Source of the DNA: Acidobacteriota bacterium
Lineage (GTDB): Bacteria > Acidobacteriota > UBA6911 > RPQK01 > JAJDTT01
Direction: 5' to 3'
Length of the DNA stretch: 64,000 nucleotides
Assembly: GCA_965217775.1 (NCBI GenBank)
Contig: CBDCJH010000002.1
Span: 4,384,001-4,448,000, forward strand
Shown here: piece after piece, positions 19,810 through 30,269 of the stretch
How positions within the stretch are numbered: position 1 is the first letter of the stretch
How the letters are laid out: every line of letters begins with the position of its first letter
The notes under the pieces: generated by a model
Databases searched by the model: none
What the model saw: only the letters and a program-made list of their open reading frames with translations
Told to the model about the DNA's origin: nothing
Program-made: the position numbers and the translations under genes

Positions 19810-21282
19810 TCAGGCAATCAGCTCGTGCACGACGTTTCCGTAGACGTCTGTCAAACGAAAATCCCGGCTGTTGTGGCGGAAGGTGAGCCGTTCATGATCC
19901 AGGCCCAGCAGGTGAAGAATCGTGGCGTGGAGATCGTGATGCGAGACGCGGTCCTTGATGGCGTGCATGCCAAGATCGTCGGTGGCGCCGTGGGTGATCC
20001 CCGGCTTGACGCCGCCGCCCGCCATCCACATGGAGAAGCCGTAGTGGTGATGGCCGCGGCCGAGGGATTCCTCCGTACGAGCCTCCTCCATCGGAGTGCG
20101 GCCGAACTCGGTGGCCCAAACGACGAGCGTCTCGTCCAGCAGCCCGCGTGACTTCAGGTCCATGATGAGGGCCGTGACGCCTTGATCGGTGCGCGCCGCG
20201 TTTGTGCGGTGGTTGTCGATGAGCCCGCCGCGATTTCCGTGCGCGTCCCATCGCCGCCCGTGGGCGCCGTCGAGAATCTCCACGAAACGGACCCCGCTCT
20301 CCACCAGCCGTCTCGCCGTCAGGCACTTCCTCCCGAATTCGGTGTCGCCGTAGAGCGCCTTCACCGACTTCGGTTCGTTTCGGATATCGAAGAGTTGCGG
20401 CGCTTCCATCTGCATGCGAAACGCCGTCTCGAATGCGGCGATACGCGCGTCGAGCTCGGGCTGAGTGGCGTGCATGCCGCGGTGGAGGCGATTCAACTTC
20501 CGCACCAGATCCAACTGCTTGCTCTGCTGGCCTCGGGTGAGAAATTTCGGCGCCGTGATGTGCGGCACGGGCGGTGTCCCGGCCTTGACGTCCGCCAACG
20601 TGGCCTGGTGGATTCCCGGGAGGAATCCGGCATCGTAAAGCGCACGCCCGCCGGACGGAAGGCCGTCCTTCATCACCACGAATCCCGGCATGTTCCGATT
20701 CTCTGTCCCCAGCCCGTAGGTTACCCAGGAGCCAAGACTAGGGTGGCCCTGTATGGAATAACCCGTGTGCATGAGGATCTGGCCGGTGGAGTGAATCGCC
20801 GAATCGGTGTGCATCGAGTTGATGAACGCGATTTCGTCGACCACTTTCGTCAGGTTCGGGAAGATCTCGCTGACCCAGGCGCCGCTCTGGCCGTAGCGCT
20901 TGAAGGAGAACACCGGCGGAACGATACGCGTGTTGGTGTAGTCCTTCTCCGGGTTCAGGCCTTCCAGGTCTTCCTTGGAGAAGATCTCTCGCGCCAATTT
21001 TCCGGCGTATTTGTTCAGAAGCGGCTTGTGGTCGAAGGTCTCAAGCTGGCTTGCGCCGCCGACCATGAACAGCAAGATGACGTTCTTCGCCTTGGGAGCG
21101 AAGTGTGGCTGTCTGGGTGCGAGTGGCTCGCTGAGGTCGGCCGCGGGTACGGCCGGCGCACCGATTGCCGTCTCGTCCGTGAGCAGGCTGGCCAGAGCGA
21201 TGCCGCCCAGGCCGAGTTCCTTGAGGAACCCACGGCGATCCCAACCGACCGGTGGAGTTCCGTAGTTTGCGTCAGTCAACAT
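19810..21282 (-). CDS. DUF1501 domain protein (Tat signal)
   Basis: RRGFLKE Tat motif, AKNVILLFMVGGASQLETFD, WATEFGRTP, GRGHHH. Confidence 0.9.
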   Translation of the reverse strand: MLTDANYGTPPVGWDRRGFLKELGLGGIALASLLTDETAIGAPAVPAADLSEPLAPRQPHFAPKAKNVILLFMVGGASQLETFDHKPLLNKYAGKLAREIFSKEDLEGLNPEKDYTNTRIVPPVFSFKRYGQSGAWVSEIFPNLTKVVDEIAFINSMHTDSAIHSTGQILMHTGYSIQGHPSLGSWVTYGLGTENRNMPGFVVMKDGLPSGGRALYDAGFLPGIHQATLADVKAGTPPVPHITAPKFLTRGQQSKQLDLVRKLNRLHRGMHATQPELDARIAAFETAFRMQMEAPQLFDIRNEPKSVKALYGDTEFGRKCLTARRLVESGVRFVEILDGAHGRRWDAHGNRGGLIDNHRTNAARTDQGVTALIMDLKSRGLLDETLVVWATEFGRTPMEEARTEESLGRGHHHYGFSMWMAGGGVKPGITHGATDDLGMHAIKDRVSHHDLHATILHLLGLDHERLTFRHNSRDFRLTDVYGNVVHELIA

Positions 21283-21376
21283 GGGTGAACCCGCTCAGGC
21301 TCGTGAGGGTGTAACGGTATTGTACAGGAGAGGGGAGGTGGCTGTCCCACTCTCAGTCCCCTTCTCACACGGAAGA

Positions 21377-21416
21377 CGGCGACAAGAAAGTCGCCGGTCC
21401 CAGTCGGCGGCAAGAA
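21377..21416. repeat. REP-like hairpins GGCGACAAGAAAGTCGCC, the second interrupted by the intron
   Basis: Same family seen at ~22583, 51194, 58479-58530, 43353 and 55645. Confidence 0.75.
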
Positions 21417-22059
21417 GTCGCGGTAGGGACGCCGGTTGCCCAGCGCCCCCCGCGCAGATCCGTGCGTTCCCGTTAAGGCACACGGCTCCTACCTCAGGTA
21501 GTGACGGCCGGCCGCGACGCCCACCGTATCCGACCCCCGCCTGTGTCACGCCAACCCGGCTCTGAGTCCGGTCCGTACTTTGGTGAGCCGAAATTCCCTT
21601 TGGTTCCACCCCTTCGCTCCACGGACTCCGCAGAGAGTTCCCCCTCCTTGTTCGCCCGCTTCATCACTACTATGGATGAATCCGATTGCTTCCTCTCTCC
21701 CCTCGTGGGGTACGGGTTCCTCCTTTCCCACAAGGCCCCGGCTCTCGCCGGGGTGAGAGCAAGCCCTCCCAGGTCCCGACACCAGATGTACGTACGTGCA
21801 TGGGTTCTTTGACACCGCAGAGCCCGGCTGCCCCTCACCCTGGCGGTCCAGCCGGTGTTGCCTTCGACCGCGACTACAGCCTCGGCACTTCCGATCAGGG
21901 AGCTTTCGATGCTCAATAGCCTGCCCATACGCACCGCTACCGACGCTTCGCCGACACCCTCACGGGTGCCCACGCTCGGCTCGCGGAGAAACGTGGATGG
22001 TTAGTCCTTCGTTTCAGCGGACTTTCACCGCCTATCTTGTGCCAGTTAGCCTGGCGCAC
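21417..22059 (-). mobile_element. ORF-less group II intron, copy 1 (643 nt)
   Basis: Minus strand starts GTGCGCC and ends with domain V GAGCCGTGTGCCTTAACGGGAACGCACGGATC and domain VI ...CCCTACCGCGAC. No RT ORF. Confidence 0.85.
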
Positions 22060-22191
22060 AGTCGCCCCTCCTGGCAAGAAAGTCGGCGCTCCCGTGCGAT
22101 GCCGCGCAGGGTCGTGAGGTTGTGGCAATGGTGTACAAGGCGCGGAGAGAGGGGGCGAGTGTCCCCTTCTCCAGATAAGTCTCAATGTGAA

Positions 22192-22479
22192 TCAGATCAG
22201 GTCGTCGACGTCGACGCTGAGCGCCTCGGCGAGCGCGGCCAAGGTTCGAGCCGAGCCGGTGCGGACGCCCCTCTCGATTTGCGACAGATAGAGTGGATTG
22301 ATCCCAGCGGCACCGGCGAGCTGCTTCTGGGTCATGCCGCGATGGTCCCGGTATACCCTGACGGCGTTCTCTCCCGCCAGAAGGCGATCCGCTAACTTGA
22401 TTGGAAAAGACTTTCCCCCCACGGACTTGGCGTGATCGTAAAGCTCTTCGTCGGTTAGGCCTGCGGTGGCATCCAACAT
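22192..22479 (-). CDS. XRE-family antitoxin-like regulator, probably 5'-truncated
   Basis: VRVYRDHRGMTQKQLAGAAGI...LSQIERG. Bracketed by palindromes at 22148 and 22502. Confidence 0.75.
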   Translation of the reverse strand: MLDATAGLTDEELYDHAKSVGGKSFPIKLADRLLAGENAVRVYRDHRGMTQKQLAGAAGINPLYLSQIERGVRTGSARTLAALAEALSVDVDDLI

Positions 22480-22622
22480 CGTTAAGCGAGTGTACCCCTG
22501 AAAGATAGTGACTGTCCCCTTCTCGCCCTTCTCGCGCGCGCGTGTCCCCTACTCGCACGCTTCTCACTTCTCACGCGGAAGACGGCGACAAGAAAGTCGC
22601 CGGTCCCAGTCGGCGGCAAGAA

Positions 22623-23265
22623 GTCGCGGTAGGGACGCCGGTTGCCCAGCGCCCCCCGCGCAGATCCGTGCGTTCCCGTTAAGGCACACGGCTCCTACCT
22701 CAGGTAGTGACGGCCGGCCGCGACGCCCGCCGTATCCGACCCCCGCCTGTGTCACGCCAACCCGGCTCTGAGTCCGGTCCGTACTTTGGTGAGCCGAAAT
22801 TCCCTTTGGTTCCACCCCTTCGCTCCACGGACTCCGCAGAGAGTTCCCCCTCCTTGTTCGCCCGCTTCATCACTACTATGGATGAATCCGATTGCTTCCT
22901 CTCTCCCCTCGTGGGGTACGGGTTCCTCCTTTCCCACAAGGCCCCGGCTCTCGCCGGGGTGAGAGCAAGCCCTCCCAGGTCCCGACACCAGATGTACGTA
23001 CGTGCATGGGTTCTTTGACACCGCAGAGCCCGGCTGCCCCTCACCCTGGCGGTCCAGCCGGTGTTGCCTTCGACCGCGACTACAGCCTCGGCACTTCCGA
23101 TCAGGGAGCTTTCGATGCTCAATAGCCTGCCCATACGCACCGCTGCCGACGCTTCGCCGACACCCTCACGGGTGCCCACGCACGGCTCGCGGAGAAACGT
23201 GGATGGTTAGTCCTTCGTTTCAGCGGACTTTCACCGCCTATCTTGTGCCAGTTAGCCTGGCGCAC
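22623..23265 (-). mobile_element. ORF-less group II intron, copy 2 (643 nt)
   Basis: Near-identical to 21417-22059, with about 3 substitutions seen by eye. Confidence 0.85.
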
Positions 23266-23294
23266 AGTCGCCGCTCCCAGCGGGCGGCACCTGA

Positions 23295-24776
23295 TCAGGC
23301 GATGATGTCGTGGACGACGTTGCCGTAGACGTCGGTCAGGCGGAAGTCGCGGCTGTTGTGGCGGTAGGTGAGCCGTTCGTGATCCAGGCCCAGGAGGTGG
23401 AGGATGGTGGCGTGGAGATCGTGATGCGAGACGCGGTTCTTGATGGCGTGCATGCCGAGTTCGTCGGTGGCGCCATAGGTGATCCCCCGCTTGACGCCGC
23501 CGCCCGCCATCCACATGGTGAAGCCGTAATGGTGATGGCTGCGGCCAAGGGTTGTTTTGGTCAGTGACCTGTCCGCCTCCTCAAACGGCGTGCGGCCGAA
23601 CTCGGTGGCCCAGACGACGAGAGTCTCGTCCAGCAGGCCGCGTGACTTCAGGTCGATGATGAGCGCGGTGATGCCCTGATCGGTGCGCGCCGCGTTGGTG
23701 CGGTGGTTCTTGATGAGCCCGCCGCGGTTGCCGTGGGCGTCCCATTGCCGCCCGTGGGCGCCGTCGAGAATCTCCACGAAACGGACTCCGCTCTCCACCA
23801 TCCGTCTCGCCATCAGGCACTTCCTTCCGAAGTCGGTGTCGCCGTAGAGCGCCTTCACCGAGTCCGACTCGTTCCGGAAATCGAAGAGCCCCGGCGCTTC
23901 CATCTGCATGCGAAACGCCGTTTCGAAGGCAGCGATGCGGGCGTCGAGCTCGGGCTGCGTTGGATGTATCCCGCGGTGGAGGCGATTCAACTTCCGCAAC
24001 AGATTCAACTGCTGGCGATGCTGCCCCGGGTTCAGAAACGACGGCGCCTTGATGTGCGGCACCGGCGGATTTCCGGGCGTGACGTCCGCCAGCGTGGCCT
24101 GGTGGTAACCGGGGAGGAATCCGGAATCGTAAAGCGCGCGCCCACCGTCCGACCGTCCGTCCGTCATCACCACGAATCCCGGCATGTTCCGGTTTTCCGT
24201 CCCCAGCCCGTAGGTCACCCAGGAACCAAGACTGGGGTGGCCCTGCCTGGAATAGCCCGTGTGCATGAGGATCTGACCGGGGCCGTGAATCGGCACATCG
24301 GCATACATCGATTTGATGAATGTGATGTCGTCGACCACCTTCGTCAGGTGCGGGAAGATCTCGCTGACCCAAGCGCCGCTCTGGCCATAGCGCTCGAAAG
24401 AGAACACCGGCGGCACGATTTTCGAGCTGTAGAACGTCTTTGACGGATTCAGGCCGTCCAGATCCTCTTTAGGGAAGATGTCCTTGGCCTCTTTTCCGCC
24501 GTACTTTTTCAGAAGCGGCTTGTGATCGAACGTCTCAATCTGGCTTGCGCCACCGACCATGAACAGGAAGATGACGTTCCTCGCCTTGGGAGTGAAGTGA
24601 GGCTGCCGGGGCGCAAGTGGATCGCTGAGATCAACCGCCGGCACGGCCCCTGCGCCGCTCGCCTTCGGGTCCGCGACCAGGCTGGCCAGCGCGATGCTGC
24701 CCAGGCCGAGTTCCTTGAGAAACCCACGGCGGTCCGGTCCAACCGGTCCCGCTCCGTAGGCTGCGTCAGTGGACAT
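23295..24776 (-). CDS. DUF1501 domain protein
   Basis: Paralogue of 19810-21282, overlapping the DUF1553 gene. Confidence 0.9.
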   Translation of the reverse strand: MSTDAAYGAGPVGPDRRGFLKELGLGSIALASLVADPKASGAGAVPAVDLSDPLAPRQPHFTPKARNVIFLFMVGGASQIETFDHKPLLKKYGGKEAKDIFPKEDLDGLNPSKTFYSSKIVPPVFSFERYGQSGAWVSEIFPHLTKVVDDITFIKSMYADVPIHGPGQILMHTGYSRQGHPSLGSWVTYGLGTENRNMPGFVVMTDGRSDGGRALYDSGFLPGYHQATLADVTPGNPPVPHIKAPSFLNPGQHRQQLNLLRKLNRLHRGIHPTQPELDARIAAFETAFRMQMEAPGLFDFRNESDSVKALYGDTDFGRKCLMARRMVESGVRFVEILDGAHGRQWDAHGNRGGLIKNHRTNAARTDQGITALIIDLKSRGLLDETLVVWATEFGRTPFEEADRSLTKTTLGRSHHHYGFTMWMAGGGVKRGITYGATDELGMHAIKNRVSHHDLHATILHLLGLDHERLTYRHNSRDFRLTDVYGNVVHDIIA

Positions 24777-26967
24777 AGATGAACTCGTTCAGGTTCATGA
24801 GCGAATGGCAGTATTGCACCAATGGGCCTGGAGCATCCGAGGACCCGGTCTCCCCGCTTTCCTCCAACGCACCGGCGCGCCGTTGACCGAGAAACGACAG
24901 GCCGATCTCGCGTTCTTCCGCAGTCGGCGGCCGGGAAAGAGCGATCCCGTAGGCCGTCTCGACCTGCCGGCCGGGATCGTCTCCGACCCTTTCCCGCACC
25001 CGTTGTGCGAAGCGCTCAGCCTGCTCCCACACGAATGGCGCATTCAGCATGAAGGCCGTGCCGCTCGGGGTCGTGCTGACGTCACGAAGGCCGATGCTCT
25101 GGGTGTTGTCGGGCGGGTCGAAGATCTTCAGCACCGGATGGAGGTTCAACCGCGGAGCCATGAGGTAGACGGACCGGCGCCAGGTGTCCGGCGTGTCCTG
25201 GAACGGGTTCTTGCGGTTGCCGATGGGAATGCTGGGCCCGTACAGGCCGGGGCGCAGAGCTCCGGAGACGCTCAACATGTGATCGCGGATGATTTCAGAC
25301 TCCATGCGCACGGGCCGGCGGTGCCACAGGTACTCGTTGTAGGCATCCTGCCGGGCCTGAGCCAATTTGGTGCCAGCCGCCTGTTTGTAAGCTGCGCTGT
25401 TCATGATCAGCCGGTGGATCGGTTTCAGTCGCCAGCTTTCCCGGATGAGCTGGGACGCGAGCCAATCCAGCAGATCGGGATGCGTGGGCTCGGTGCCGAG
25501 TTTGCCGAAATCATTCGGGGTGCTGACGATGCCGCGCCCGAAATGATGCTGCCAGAGACGATTGACGATCACCCGGGCCAGCAACCCGCCGGCGCCATGC
25601 TCCACGTCGGTGAGCCAGTTGGCAAGCATCCGAAGCTTCGGCGCTTCAAGCTGCGCCTCGGGGCCAGCGGCGGCCTCGGGACGGGGCCGCCAATCCTCCG
25701 CGCTGCGCCCGTCCCCCATCAAGACGCGCAGGAACCCCGGCTCGACCGGCTTGACGGGGCTCTCCCAACTGCCAGCGGCCAGTAGATGGGGGGTGGTCAC
25801 CGCGAGGGCGACGAACTTGCCCCCTGCATCCGGTTCTTCCTCAGCTTCGTCGAAGAATACGGCCGTCAACTGGTAGTACTCTTCGGCCGTGATCGGGTCG
25901 ATCTTGTGGTCGTGGCACCGCGCACACCCGACCGTCATGGCAAGGAACGCTTGACCGGTCGCCGACACCATGTCGTCGAGGCGGTGAAACTTGCGTTCGT
26001 TGGGATTTTCGGTCGTGCCCAGGTTGGTTCCCATCTGAACGAACATGCCCAGGTCGCGAAGTGCGGCGGGGAAACCCTTCGGAGCCCCGGCAATCTGGCA
26101 GCGGACGAACTCATCGTAAGGAAGGTCGTCATTGAAAGCGCGAATCACGGCGTCGCGGTATCGATACGCGTCCTCTCGAATTGCGTTGTCCCCCTCATGG
26201 GCTCCTTTGCTCTCGCCAAAGCGAGCCACATCCAACCAGTGCCGTCCCCACCGTTCCCCGTAGTGCGGGTTGGCGAGCAGCCGGTCGACGAGTTCGTGAA
26301 AGGGATCCGCAGAGGAATCTCGAACGAACGCCTGGACTTCTTCGGGGGCGGGCGCGAGACCGATCAGGTCGAAGTAGGCGCGGCGAATCAGGGTGGGCCG
26401 ATCGGCCTCCTGCGCCGGGCGAAACTGCATCTCGTGCAGCTTGGCGAGGAGGAAACGATCGATGGGCGAGTCTGTCCACGCGGCCTCGTCCGAACTTGCC
26501 GCCGAGATCTGAGGCGGGTCGACAGCACGCAGGGGGTGGAAGGCCCAGTGCCGGCGTCCTGACTCGAGATCCGTTTTCCCGGGTTCAGCGGCCTGCGCAT
26601 CCCTCGGATACGGCGCGCCGAGGGTCACCCATTGGACGAAATCAGCGATGACCGAGTCAGACAGTTTGCCGCCGGGCGGCATTGCCAAGCTGCGATCGGT
26701 GTGCTTGAGGGCCTCGATCAGAATGGACTGGTCGGGTCGGCCCGGCACGACGGCGGGGCCCCGCGACCCGCCTTGCTCGACACCCTCCCGCGTGTCGAGC
26801 TGCAGTTTCCCAAACAGCATTCCCGCGCGGTCGGCCTCCGCCGAATGACACTGATAGCAGCGCTCCGACAGAACCGGACGGATCTTCTTTTCGAAGAAGT
26901 TGATACGGTTCTGCCTGGGTTCCTCGGGGGCTCCGAGCAGGCTGAGGGCAATTACGATAAGGATCAC
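24766..26967 (-). CDS. Planctomycete cytochrome c / DUF1549 / DUF1553 (PSD1) protein
   Basis: CYQCH, PHYGERWGRHWLDVAR, CARCHDHK, PTHPDLLDWLA. Confidence 0.9.
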   Translation of the reverse strand: MILIVIALSLLGAPEEPRQNRINFFEKKIRPVLSERCYQCHSAEADRAGMLFGKLQLDTREGVEQGGSRGPAVVPGRPDQSILIEALKHTDRSLAMPPGGKLSDSVIADFVQWVTLGAPYPRDAQAAEPGKTDLESGRRHWAFHPLRAVDPPQISAASSDEAAWTDSPIDRFLLAKLHEMQFRPAQEADRPTLIRRAYFDLIGLAPAPEEVQAFVRDSSADPFHELVDRLLANPHYGERWGRHWLDVARFGESKGAHEGDNAIREDAYRYRDAVIRAFNDDLPYDEFVRCQIAGAPKGFPAALRDLGMFVQMGTNLGTTENPNERKFHRLDDMVSATGQAFLAMTVGCARCHDHKIDPITAEEYYQLTAVFFDEAEEEPDAGGKFVALAVTTPHLLAAGSWESPVKPVEPGFLRVLMGDGRSAEDWRPRPEAAAGPEAQLEAPKLRMLANWLTDVEHGAGGLLARVIVNRLWQHHFGRGIVSTPNDFGKLGTEPTHPDLLDWLASQLIRESWRLKPIHRLIMNSAAYKQAAGTKLAQARQDAYNEYLWHRRPVRMESEIIRDHMLSVSGALRPGLYGPSIPIGNRKNPFQDTPDTWRRSVYLMAPRLNLHPVLKIFDPPDNTQSIGLRDVSTTPSGTAFMLNAPFVWEQAERFAQRVRERVGDDPGRQVETAYGIALSRPPTAEEREIGLSFLGQRRAGALEESGETGSSDAPGPLVQYCHSLMNLNEFIYVH

Positions 26968-27052
26968 GCGACTACCTTACACTTGTAATCGGGATTTTAT
27001 GTTGGATTGCAGAAGGAATTCCACCAGGCGAACGGACGCGTGCCCTGGAACC

Positions 27053-27925
27053 TCAGTACGTCCCGATCCCCAGCACATCCTTCTCCCAGGGCGTCAGTCG
27101 TTTGATCTGTTCGGGAGAAAGGGCGCGAACCTCCGTGTACTCGGGGATGGTCTCCTCGAGGCCGAGCAGCTTCCGCATTTCCGGGAGGAGGCGATCCTGC
27201 ACACCCTGTGGAATGACGCGGGCGTTGTCGATCATCCCCTTGACCCACCATCGCTGGAAAAAGGCCAGTATGGAATGCTGGACGTCGTCGCTGCGGTTGA
27301 TGCCGCTGGCGTGCCAAAGCGCCGCATCCCAAACGATGGCCGTACCCGCGGGAACGACCGCTTGGTGGGATCCCGGGGAGTCGGCATCCGGGTCGGGGAT
27401 CTCACAGGACTTGTGAGTGCCGGGCCAAACCAGGGTAGCTCCGTTCTCGGCGGTGAAATCCACAACCGCCCAGGCGACGTTGATCGCCATCGGGTAGTGC
27501 TTGCCGCCCTCGAAGGGCACGATGCTGAATGGAGACCGGTCGGCGTGAATCTGGAATCCGCGCCCGGGTTCTCTGCCCTCGCTGGGTCGAATCGAACGCG
27601 CCGTTGCGTCGTACAGGACCATGTCCCCACCCAGGTATTCACGGCACACGGAGAGGACCGGCGGGTTCAGGTAGAAGGTCTCGAAGCAAGGATGCTTGCC
27701 CACGATGCAGTGGGCGGACCAGCAGTGCTCGGACGAAGTTCCCAGGCGCAGAGCGATCTCGCTCTCCCGTTGGTAGATGTCTTCCGCCGCTTGGATGGCT
27801 GGAGCCAGAAACTCGGCGTCGAGAGCGTCCGGGATGATCGTGTAACCCTGCTCCCCAAGTTCTCCAACGTGGAACTCCAGTTCTGACGGCGTTAGCTCTC
27901 TACCGCTCGAGAAGCTGCTCTTCAT
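27053..27925 (-). CDS. Phytanoyl-CoA dioxygenase (PhyH) family protein
   Basis: HAD facial motif, DFTAENGATLVWPGTH, LWHASG. Confidence 0.9.
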   Translation of the reverse strand: MKSSFSSGRELTPSELEFHVGELGEQGYTIIPDALDAEFLAPAIQAAEDIYQRESEIALRLGTSSEHCWSAHCIVGKHPCFETFYLNPPVLSVCREYLGGDMVLYDATARSIRPSEGREPGRGFQIHADRSPFSIVPFEGGKHYPMAINVAWAVVDFTAENGATLVWPGTHKSCEIPDPDADSPGSHQAVVPAGTAIVWDAALWHASGINRSDDVQHSILAFFQRWWVKGMIDNARVIPQGVQDRLLPEMRKLLGLEETIPEYTEVRALSPEQIKRLTPWEKDVLGIGTY

Positions 27926-28121
27926 GAATCATGCCCTACAAATGCCGTTTTGGAAACGCCAATGCCAAGCGGTGCCTGCGTTAGTCAAACAGCCTACTAC
28001 ACGATTTGCTTCGCGAAAACACTTGGAGAAGGTGACTGTACCCTTCGCCTGCGGCAGAATTTGGTGCAGATGTGCAATCAGCCAAATGGATTATCCTCCA
28101 CGAAACAGTAACGATACCCCA

Positions 28122-29135
28122 TCATGGAAGCGAACATGACAACAATCGATCCACGTATGAAGAAATCCCAGTGGTAAACCAAGAGTCTGAGGAGAAGCGC
28201 TCCGATTCCAATCGCGGTGCTGGCCCCCTCGCATCACCTCGGATCAGCACTACCCCACCTTTTTCTACGACCTTACCGATTTGTACAACGTCGGCACCTA
28301 AATCAGCTGCGATATTAAGCATCGCCCGCGAGTCATTATGAGCGACTGCGACCAAGACGTTCCAGTCACCCCATCCTAGCCAGAATCTAGCAGGGTCAGC
28401 GATTCCAGTCTGTTCCCAGTTAGATACCGTCAGTCGCTCCAAATCGATCTCAATGCCCACTTTATTCGCATCTGCTAGCTGTCCTAACGAAGCAAGCAGA
28501 CCATCGCTGTTGTCAATAGAAGCCTTTATATGCCCTGCCCGGCCAAATTCTGGCAGTACCCGCAGTTGCGAAACGGGACGATAAAGTCTTGACACCCGTG
28601 AATCCACCTGGAAGCCAGCCTTTATCAGCAGCGCGTCTCTCCAAAAACTACCCCCTTTACCGATGCTGAATATCAGATCACCGACATCGGCACCTGACCT
28701 CGAAAGCCCTCCAGCCGACGGAACTGTCCCGACCGCTGTGCCCGTAGCCGAAAATTCCTTACCCTCTTTTAGATTGCCACCTAAATACTCAAGTTTCTCA
28801 GTGACACAAGCATCTGCGATGCCCTGCAGCAGCCGGTCCAGTTCCTTCACAGACGCGGCCGGTGGGGCCTCAATGGAAGCCACAAAACCACCCGGAGTCG
28901 CACCAGCCGCGGCTAGGTCGGACGCGTTGATCGTAACAAGGAGCCAGCCTTTCCAGTAAGGATCGGAGTCACCCGCAAGGACAAATGCTGCCGGCTCGGG
29001 TACCGGATCTGTCGTGATTGCTAATCGGCTTCCTGCCAGATCAAAAAGAGCACAGTCATCCCCTGCAACAGAGCAGTGCCTGCGGATGACTTCGTTAATG
29101 AGTCGCCGTTCACCAATGTCGTAAAGCTTCAACAT
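28122..29135 (-). CDS. ThiL-like (thiamine-monophosphate kinase / PurM superfamily) protein
   Basis: GERRLI, GDDCA, NASDLAAAGA, GGN, RSGADVGD, IDNSDGL. Confidence 0.8.
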   Translation of the reverse strand: MLKLYDIGERRLINEVIRRHCSVAGDDCALFDLAGSRLAITTDPVPEPAAFVLAGDSDPYWKGWLLVTINASDLAAAGATPGGFVASIEAPPAASVKELDRLLQGIADACVTEKLEYLGGNLKEGKEFSATGTAVGTVPSAGGLSRSGADVGDLIFSIGKGGSFWRDALLIKAGFQVDSRVSRLYRPVSQLRVLPEFGRAGHIKASIDNSDGLLASLGQLADANKVGIEIDLERLTVSNWEQTGIADPARFWLGWGDWNVLVAVAHNDSRAMLNIAADLGADVVQIGKVVEKGGVVLIRGDARGPAPRLESERFSSDSWFTTGISSYVDRLLSCSLP

Positions 29136-29144
29136 TAAGCCTAC

Positions 29145-30269
29145 CTATTTGGTGAGTATCAATACGTGCTCACCGGTGATGCTCGGGGTCTGCCGGCGCT
29201 GAGAGGATACGCGGCGATTTATATCGACTACCAAGTCAAATCCAGCAACCTTTAGAGATTCCTTCAGATCTGATATAACCGAATCTCGCGTTTTCGACTC
29301 GCCGATCACGATGACGCAAGCGCCATTCGGTCGCAAGCAACGATAAGTTTCCTCGAATACGGATCGTAGATCAGTCAAGTATTCTTTTCTCGCTGCCTTT
29401 CGATGCCTTTTACTCCGTGCTCCGATTTCGATCCGCCGTAGTGGCTCGATCTCAAAGCCAAACCACTCCATTGAGAGACGCTGAGACTTTACGTAGTCGC
29501 TCACTCCGAAGTAGGGTGGTGAGGTCACGACTAAATCGACACTATTTTCTCTAAATTTCTTCAGTGCGTGCCTCGCGTCACCGCAGATCACGTCTACCGG
29601 CGCTATGCTGTCGATCCCAGCCTCCACAATGTATTGGTCGCGGTCCCTATAGGCCTTGGCGAGTCGCTCAAGGAAAGCATTGTACAGTTTTAAGACATCA
29701 GCCGACTTATTGGCTTTAGGCGTAGAGTTGTCACAGATGTAACCCCAATGGCGATCTTCTCTGCAAGAGGGCAGAAGGCAAGCAGAAAACGCCGCTTCCG
29801 CAATCGTTTTTTGCGCGCCCTCAAATGCCCCGATCAAACCCCACATACTGGCGAGTCTCTCGAGGACCGATTCTGTGTACCACTTCTCTCCTTGCAGGCC
29901 TGCCGGCAAGGTTGTGGTCCACGACGCATCATTGTCGAGTGGTTGATAATCGGTTCCGATCAGTTCAGAAACGTATTCTTCGATGGTCGATGCTCTAGTT
30001 GGCAAAGTCTTAGCTTTACTGATCATATATGAAACAGGATTCACATCGATGCCGATAGCGTTTCGACCGAGCCGCTGAGCTTCAACAAGAGTTGTACCGG
30101 AGCCCATAAACGGGTCGAGAATTGTTTGCCCCGGCTTACTTAAAAGTCCGATCAAGCTGGTTGGCAACTGCGATACAAAGCGAGCCGGGTGCCAATGAAT
30201 AGTTGAGAACAGAGACTCACTCTGCGACCCAGCGAAATCCCAGTCAATCCTTTTAAGGCGCGAAATCAA
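29145..30269 (-). CDS. N4/N6 DNA methyltransferase
   Basis: HWHPARF, LDPFMGSGTT (motif I), TSPPY (motif IV). Confidence 0.85.
   Translation of the reverse strand: MISRLKRIDWDFAGSQSESLFSTIHWHPARFVSQLPTSLIGLLSKPGQTILDPFMGSGTTLVEAQRLGRNAIGIDVNPVSYMISKAKTLPTRASTIEEYVSELIGTDYQPLDNDASWTTTLPAGLQGEKWYTESVLERLASMWGLIGAFEGAQKTIAEAAFSACLLPSCREDRHWGYICDNSTPKANKSADVLKLYNAFLERLAKAYRDRDQYIVEAGIDSIAPVDVICGDARHALKKFRENSVDLVVTSPPYFGVSDYVKSQRLSMEWFGFEIEPLRRIEIGARSKRHRKAARKEYLTDLRSVFEETYRCLRPNGACVIVIGESKTRDSVISDLKESLKVAGFDLVVDINRRVSSQRRQTPSITGEHVLILTK

Noticed and set aside
21295-23514. Short ORFs duplicated in 21.3-23.3 kb
   Set aside because: They are spurious translations of the group II intron RNA and carry no RT motifs.
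28122-29135. Housekeeping thiL
   Set aside because: The C-terminus is divergent, the GC is atypical and the gene sits in an accessory operon, so no gene symbol was assigned.
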